From assembly GCA_965204755.1 (NCBI GenBank), contig OZ242011.1, positions 3,008,001-3,072,000 on the forward strand: DNA of 64,000 nt. The letters are read 5' to 3'. A program made the translations under genes and the position numbers. Of this stretch, positions 58,946 to 64,000 are shown piece by piece. Position 1 is the stretch's first letter; each line of letters starts with the position of its first letter. This DNA comes from Candidatus Marinacidobacterium sp. (lineage in GTDB: Bacteria; Acidobacteriota; Vicinamibacteria; Marinacidobacterales; Marinacidobacteraceae). The notes beneath the pieces were generated by a model. It saw only the letters and a list, made by a program, of their open reading frames with translations. It was not told the DNA's origin and ran no database searches.

Positions 58946-60162
58946 CGGAGATCGTCGTTCGGGAGCACAAGGAGATCAGGGGACTCGACGACACCGAGAG
59001 CGAGGCATTGAGGCGCCTTGCTCAGGAGGCGGAGTGGGGCGGGCTCGCCGTGAGGCACGGCGGGCTGTACGCGACGAACTATGTCGGGATCGTGGAGGCG
59101 AGCAGGAAGACCAGCGTCGTCATTCTGCCGAAGGTGGACTTGGCGAAGCCGGACCCGAACCTCGAAGGAGCGAAGGCCGCGTTCCTCAAGATGTTGCGGG
59201 ATTGGCGCGGGCTCCACGAAGCGCAGTTTCCCGAGGCGTCTATCCGCGATCTCGAGCGCTTCGAGATGTGGGAGGCGTTCTACTACCTGTTCCTGCGCAG
59301 CGTCGTCCGGCTGGCGCAGCGCGGGTTGGCCCGGCGGTACCGCACGGTGGAGAACGACTTGCCGTTCCTCCGGGGCCGCATCCGGTTTCCGGAGCACCTG
59401 CGCCGCAACTTGGTGAACCGCGCCCGGTTCTTCGTCGGTTACGACGAGTTCTCGGCGAACCGGCCCTCGAACCGACTGATCCGGACGACTCTCGACGAAT
59501 TGGCGACGCGGGCGAAGCGGCCGAGGAACACGCAACTGCTCCACGGCCTGCGAGTGGTGTTCGCCGACATTCCACCCTCCGCGCAGCCCGCGGTGGATTG
59601 GGAGCGTCGGCTGGTGGATCGCTCGATGCGCCACTACGGCGAGGTGCTGCCCTGGGTCGGGCTCCTCCTGTTCCACCACGGCCTCGCCACTTTCGCCGGG
59701 AAGCACCGCAACCGCGCGCTCCTCTTCCCCATGGAGGAGGTCTTCGAGGACTTCGTTACCGCCTCCTTCCGGCGCCACCAGACGGACTACCGCGTTCATT
59801 CCCAAGGCCCGATGCGGCCCTTGGTCGAAACGGAGGACGGAAGAGGCGCCTTCCAAATGAAGCCGGATATCTCGCTCATGAAGGGGGGTAAGCCCTCGTT
59901 CATCCTCGACGCCAAGTGGAAGCGGCTCGCGGCCCCGGCTGCCGACCCGAAACTCGGTATCGTCCAAGCCGACCTCTACCAACTTTTCGCCTACGGCAAG
60001 AAGTACGGCGTCCCCGAAGTGGCGCTGATCTATCCGAAGTCGGAGGCGTTCTCGAAACCTGTCCGCTACCGTTTCGACAAGGACCTGTCGCTCGTTTGCT
60101 TTCCCTTCGATGTGGAGGCGCCCGGAAAGAGCGTGAACGATCTACTCGGCCATCTGCAGTAG
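58942..60162 (+). CDS. mcrC: McrC-family restriction endonuclease subunit
   Basis: ATG overlaps the mcrB stop; NYVG, I.PK, LFPME.VFE, KPDI...LDAKWK, ADLYQL.AY. Confidence 0.92.
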   Translation: MTEIVVREHKEIRGLDDTESEALRRLAQEAEWGGLAVRHGGLYATNYVGIVEASRKTSVVILPKVDLAKPDPNLEGAKAAFLKMLRDWRGLHEAQFPEASIRDLERFEMWEAFYYLFLRSVVRLAQRGLARRYRTVENDLPFLRGRIRFPEHLRRNLVNRARFFVGYDEFSANRPSNRLIRTTLDELATRAKRPRNTQLLHGLRVVFADIPPSAQPAVDWERRLVDRSMRHYGEVLPWVGLLLFHHGLATFAGKHRNRALLFPMEEVFEDFVTASFRRHQTDYRVHSQGPMRPLVETEDGRGAFQMKPDISLMKGGKPSFILDAKWKRLAAPAADPKLGIVQADLYQLFAYGKKYGVPEVALIYPKSEAFSKPVRYRFDKDLSLVCFPFDVEAPGKSVNDLLGHLQ

Positions 60163-60194
60163 AACAGGCCGCGTGAACCGCGGCGGGCCGGGAG

Positions 60195-61643
60195 TCAGTC
60201 CGGTTTGGGCAGGCGGAGGGATCGGGCGGTGAAGAGGAAGCGGTAGTGGCCGTCCGGGGGAGAGGAGGCGGGGAGGAGCAGCGGGGAGTTGGTGATTTGG
60301 GCGGCGGCGGTGGCTTTCGTCATCTCGGTGGCGCGGAGGGCCTCGAGGATGCGGCGGCGGGGCAGGGCGTGGCCGGGGCGACGGGCGGCGAGTTCCGCGA
60401 TGGTTCGGTCGGCGGGGGACAGGGGTGGCCATTCGGGGCCGGGCTTGCGGTGGATGGCGCGGGGGGTGACTTCGAAGAGGCCGGACCCGGCGGCGATGCC
60501 GGCGAGCACCGGGGCGGGGATCGGGCGGCGGAGGCCGCGGGCGCGGGCGGCGGCGAGCGCTACGGACGGGCGCGGCGCGGCGTCGCCGAAGGCGAACTGG
60601 CGGCGGAGGGCGCGGAGCACCCGGTTGCGGTCCGCGGACGGCGCCATCGCCGAGCCGTCGCGCGGCCGATCCGGGAGGCGGCGGAAGTAGCGTTCGCCGG
60701 GGCCGAGGAAACTCCAGCGGAGGCTGCGGCGGACGACGGAGCGAACGACCGGCGCGCCCTTGCGCCGGGGCGCGGGGAGGAGCGCGGCGAGGTCGTGCCA
60801 AGGGGCGGAGGGGAGCGCGGCCAGCCATTCCAGTGCCCGGATGGACTCGGCTTGGCGGTCGCGTTCGTCGCTGACGACCCAGATTTCCGCGAACGGGCCG
60901 TCGAGGAAGGAGAACGGGAACTCCAGCGCCAGCAGCGACGCCGCCCGCGCGAGCCAGTGGCCGAGGCGGAGCGGGCGCGGCTCCTCCGGGGCGTAGCCGA
61001 AGAGCGCGAGGAAGTCCGGGAGCGGGAGCGGTGATTCGGCGCGCGCCCGGGCCACGGCGGGTTCCCAGTGGCGGAAGCGGACGCGGGGGGCGGCGGCGGC
61101 GAGGATCTCCCGGCCCTGGACCGCCGCCTGGCGCACGCGTTCCCGGCTCGGGCGGGTGCGCCGGCCGTGCTCGAAGGTGGTTTCGGCGATCGCCCGCGTG
61201 CTGCGGCTCGGGCCGCCGGCGAGGCCGGTGTTCTCGGCGAAGAGGGCGGCGACGGCCCGGCCGGCGTCCGGCTCGACGAACTCGGTGATGACCGCCGCCA
61301 TCTCCTCCCGGAAACTGGCGGCGGTCCCGGGAGCGGTGAACGGCGTCGGCCGCGCCGGAGGGGCGGGCGGCGGGTTCGCCTCGGCGGGAGGGCGGCGGCG
61401 GAGGAAGCCCGGCGGCGCGAGGCCGCAGTCCACGCCGAAGTCCGTTTCCTCCGGGCCCCGGAGCGCCGGATGACGGCGCGGCGGAACCGGAACACCGGGC
61501 GCGCGCCCCTCGTCCGACTCCGGGTCAGCCGGGACCGGCCCGCCCTCCGGCGTCCCGTAAACGCCCCGCTCCTCCCGGAGCGGGAACCCCGCGCCGGGAA
61601 CGCCCGCGGCCGCCCGCGGCGCGGCTACCGGCGTTTCTGCCAT
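60195..61643 (-). CDS. Hypothetical protein with a sigma70 region-4-like HTH motif (start uncertain)
   Basis: SRERVRQ at 61128-61148; fills the gap between mcrC and mltG, co-oriented with mltG. Confidence 0.5.
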   Translation of the reverse strand: MAETPVAAPRAAAGVPGAGFPLREERGVYGTPEGGPVPADPESDEGRAPGVPVPPRRHPALRGPEETDFGVDCGLAPPGFLRRRPPAEANPPPAPPARPTPFTAPGTAASFREEMAAVITEFVEPDAGRAVAALFAENTGLAGGPSRSTRAIAETTFEHGRRTRPSRERVRQAAVQGREILAAAAPRVRFRHWEPAVARARAESPLPLPDFLALFGYAPEEPRPLRLGHWLARAASLLALEFPFSFLDGPFAEIWVVSDERDRQAESIRALEWLAALPSAPWHDLAALLPAPRRKGAPVVRSVVRRSLRWSFLGPGERYFRRLPDRPRDGSAMAPSADRNRVLRALRRQFAFGDAAPRPSVALAAARARGLRRPIPAPVLAGIAAGSGLFEVTPRAIHRKPGPEWPPLSPADRTIAELAARRPGHALPRRRILEALRATEMTKATAAAQITNSPLLLPASSPPDGHYRFLFTARSLRLPKPD

Positions 61644-62803
61644 CTCCGCACCGCGTTGTTGTGTTCGCGGAGGGACCGCGAGAACTGGTGGGTGCCGTCG
61701 TTCCGGGAGACGAAGTAGAGGAAGTCCGTCTCCTCCGGGTCGAGCACGGCGTCGAGCGCCGCCGCGCCGAACGACGAGATCGGCCCCGGCGGAATCCCCC
61801 GCACCCGGTAGGTGTTGTAGGGCGATGCGATGTCCAGGTCGCGCACCCGGATGTTGTTGCCGTAGTCCCCGGCGCGGCGCATGGCGAAGAGCACCGTCGG
61901 GTCGGATTGCAGCGGCATCCCGATCCGCAGGCGGTTCCGGAACACCGACCCCACCCGCCGCCGCTCGCCGGCGCTCCCGGTCTCCTTCTCCACGATGGAG
62001 GCGAGCGCGGCGGCTTCGGCGATGGTGAGCCCGGCGGCCTCCGCCAGTTGCCGCCGTTCCTCGTTCCACAGCGCCCGGAACTGCCCCACCAGGATCCCGG
62101 CGATCACCTGCGGGGCGGCTTCCGGCGGGAGTTCGTAGGTGCTCGGGAACAGGTAGCCCTCGAGGGTCCCCGCCGCCGGGTCGAGGTCGCCGACCAGCCG
62201 CCGGGCCGCTTCCGGGTCGGCGAAGAAGGCCGCCAGCGCCTCCTCTTCGCCGGCGCCCTGCTCGGCAAGGCGGCGGGCGGTCTCTTCGAGGTCGAGCCCC
62301 TCCGGGATCGTCACCCGCCGGGTCGCGACGCGCCCCCCGGCCAGCCGCTCGATGACTTCCGTCGGGGTAACCGCGCCGGCGAACCGGTAGAGCCCCGCCT
62401 GCAGCCGGGCGCCGAGTTCCCGCTCGCGGACGCCGTAGAGGAAGACCTCCCGGTCGGCGATGACGCCGGAGGCCTCGAGGCGGGCGGCGATGGAGTCCGC
62501 CGTGGAGCCGCGCCCCACCCGGAAGAGGACGCTCTCGCGGTGGCCGCGATGGGGCGCCGCGAGCGCGCTCTCCATGCGCCGGGCGTGGACGGCCTGCCAG
62601 CCGAGCCCGGCGGCCGCCGCGCCGACCAGCGAGAGCCCGGCCACCGCCGCGAAGCGCCGGCCGCCCCATCGAGAAGGCTGTCGGGAACGCTGTTGGGAAC
62701 GCCGACGAGCGGCCCCGCCGCCTCCCGGTTCGTCGGTCGGTTCGCCGGCCGGTTCGTCGGTCGGTTCGTCGGTCGGCGGCGGGGTCTTTGGCGCCGACGC
62801 CAC
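61625..62803 (-). CDS. mltG: Endolytic transglycosylase MltG
   Basis: LQAG.Y, VTIPEG, LEGYLFP.TY, ASIVEKE, LQSDPT, SPYNTY, GIPPGPI, LYFV. Confidence 0.95.
   Translation of the reverse strand: MASAPKTPPPTDEPTDEPAGEPTDEPGGGGAARRRSQQRSRQPSRWGGRRFAAVAGLSLVGAAAAGLGWQAVHARRMESALAAPHRGHRESVLFRVGRGSTADSIAARLEASGVIADREVFLYGVRERELGARLQAGLYRFAGAVTPTEVIERLAGGRVATRRVTIPEGLDLEETARRLAEQGAGEEEALAAFFADPEAARRLVGDLDPAAGTLEGYLFPSTYELPPEAAPQVIAGILVGQFRALWNEERRQLAEAAGLTIAEAAALASIVEKETGSAGERRRVGSVFRNRLRIGMPLQSDPTVLFAMRRAGDYGNNIRVRDLDIASPYNTYRVRGIPPGPISSFGAAALDAVLDPEETDFLYFVSRNDGTHQFSRSLREHNNAVRRWQKRR
62726..62776. repeat. 12-bp coding repeat x4 (PTDE/PAGE) in the MltG N-terminus
   Basis: CGGTTCG(T/C)CGG(T/C) x4. 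Confidence 0.8.
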
Positions 62804-62807
62804 GCCG

Positions 62808-64000
62808 CTACCGGATCGCTGCTTCGACCGTCGGCGCCCCGGCGCGCTGGCGGCGCGCCGCCCGGAGCGCGAAGTCGAGTTCCGGGTCGTCCTCGTCGAG
62901 GTCGGAACCGCGGAGATCCAGGTCCTCCGGCGTCAGCGTGGGCGCGACCCCGGCGCCGAGGAGGTCGTCCCCCTCCGGGCCGAGCAGGTGCGAGGAGGAC
63001 ATCAGGATCGAGTCGCCGTCGGGCAGGGGAATGAGTTCCCCCCGGCCGGTGCGCCCCGCCGTGCGTCCGCCCACGACTTCGCCGTTCGGGAGCGGCCCGA
63101 CGGCGGCGGCCACGACTTCCCCCGGCCCGGCGGTGCTCGCGTTCACGAGCGCGGTGATCCTCAGCCCCGCGCCGACCGGCTCCCGGTCCGCCGTCAGGTC
63201 TTCCAGCACCCGCTCCCCCTCCTCGGCGCGTTCCGCCCGCCGGGCGACGACGCCCTCCCGGAACAGCGAGGCGGTGGCCACGCCGAGGAGCGGATCGGCG
63301 GCCGCCCGGTTCCCGGCCGGCCGGCTCCCGCGCAGGTCGAGCACCAGCGACTCCGCCCCCGACGCGCGGAGCGACTCCACCGCCGCCGCCACCTGCTCCG
63401 CCGTCTCCGGGGAGAACCGGCGGACGCGGACCAGCCCGACGCCCGGCTCGGGTTCGCTCGCCTCCACCGGCGGCGGGGCGATGCGGCGGCGCTCCAGGGT
63501 GAGGACGGTCGGCGCCGTTTCCGCCGCGCTCTTCCGCACCGCGAGTTCCACGGTGGTTCCGGGCGGGCCGGAGAGCAGCAGGCGGCCGATCGGCGTCCGC
63601 ACTTGCCGGGTGCCGCGACCGTCTATCGCGGCGATCGCGTCGCCGCGCTCGATCCCCGCTTCCGCCGCCGGGGAGCCCGGCAGCACATCGTCCACATGGA
63701 GGTAGTAGCGCTTCTCCAGCCCGATCCCGACCGCGCCCTCCGCGTCCGCGCGTTCGTGGAACAGCGCGGTTTCTTCGGGGTCGAGGTAGGCGCTGTCCGA
63801 GTCGAGCGCCTCGAAGATGCCCCGGACCGCTCCGTCCATCAGCGTTTCTTCCTCGACCGGCTCGAGGTAGTGGTCGCGGATCAGCGCCAGCGCGTTCGAG
63901 AAGACATCGAGCGTCTGGTAGGTGTCTTCCTGGATCGCGGCGGGACTGCCGCCGGCCCCGCGCGCGGCGGCGGCGAGCAGTTGCTCCGCGCCGGCCCGGC
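62808..64000 (-). CDS. S41 (CtpA-like) PDZ protease homolog, 5'-partial
   Basis: LD.DS.YL, PDZ GSPA.EAGI..GD.I..IDG, LVLDLRG, LVN..TA...E, GV.P. Confidence 0.85.
   Translation of the reverse strand, partial: RAGAEQLLAAAARGAGGSPAAIQEDTYQTLDVFSNALALIRDHYLEPVEEETLMDGAVRGIFEALDSDSAYLDPEETALFHERADAEGAVGIGLEKRYYLHVDDVLPGSPAAEAGIERGDAIAAIDGRGTRQVRTPIGRLLLSGPPGTTVELAVRKSAAETAPTVLTLERRRIAPPPVEASEPEPGVGLVRVRRFSPETAEQVAAAVESLRASGAESLVLDLRGSRPAGNRAAADPLLGVATASLFREGVVARRAERAEEGERVLEDLTADREPVGAGLRITALVNASTAGPGEVVAAAVGPLPNGEVVGGRTAGRTGRGELIPLPDGDSILMSSSHLLGPEGDDLLGAGVAPTLTPEDLDLRGSDLDEDDPELDFALRAARRQRAGAPTVEAAIR

Noticed and set aside
60195-62669. 824-aa ORF or a true sigma factor
   Set aside because: The upstream part overlaps mltG in another frame. 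Only a region-4-like motif is present, with no region 2.

Overview
Very GC-rich bacterial chromosome segment. The gene order lysS-lolC/E-lolD-clpC-bamA-skp and a DUF6677-like membrane protein suggest Acidobacteriota (inference). Most of the window is housekeeping and metabolism: thyA-folA, an M16 protease pair, ggt, hpt, PNP-nupC, thiolase and enoyl-CoA hydratase, ribH-nusB-lysS, clpC-bamA-skp-fabZ, miaA, recG, rsmD-coaD-aminotransferase, mltG and an S41 protease. Two restriction loci are present: type III Mod/Res at the left edge and McrBC at 56.4-60.2 kb. The standout is an accessory island between recG and rsmD (about 49.4-53.8 kb). It carries two small stand-alone PBECR2-like (BECR-fold RNase-like) genes, neither followed by an immunity ORF. 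Each is instead followed immediately by a highly structured non-coding element. For one gene, the last 41 codons plus the structured element are amplified into a ~350-bp tandem array: the coding remnants decay while the element keeps covarying stems, a complementary loop pair and a -10-like box in every copy. This is a candidate undescribed nuclease plus structured-RNA-array system, possibly an RNA-antitoxin module. No rRNA, tRNA, CRISPR array, transposase or integrase was recognised. All family calls come from motifs read by eye, not from database searches.
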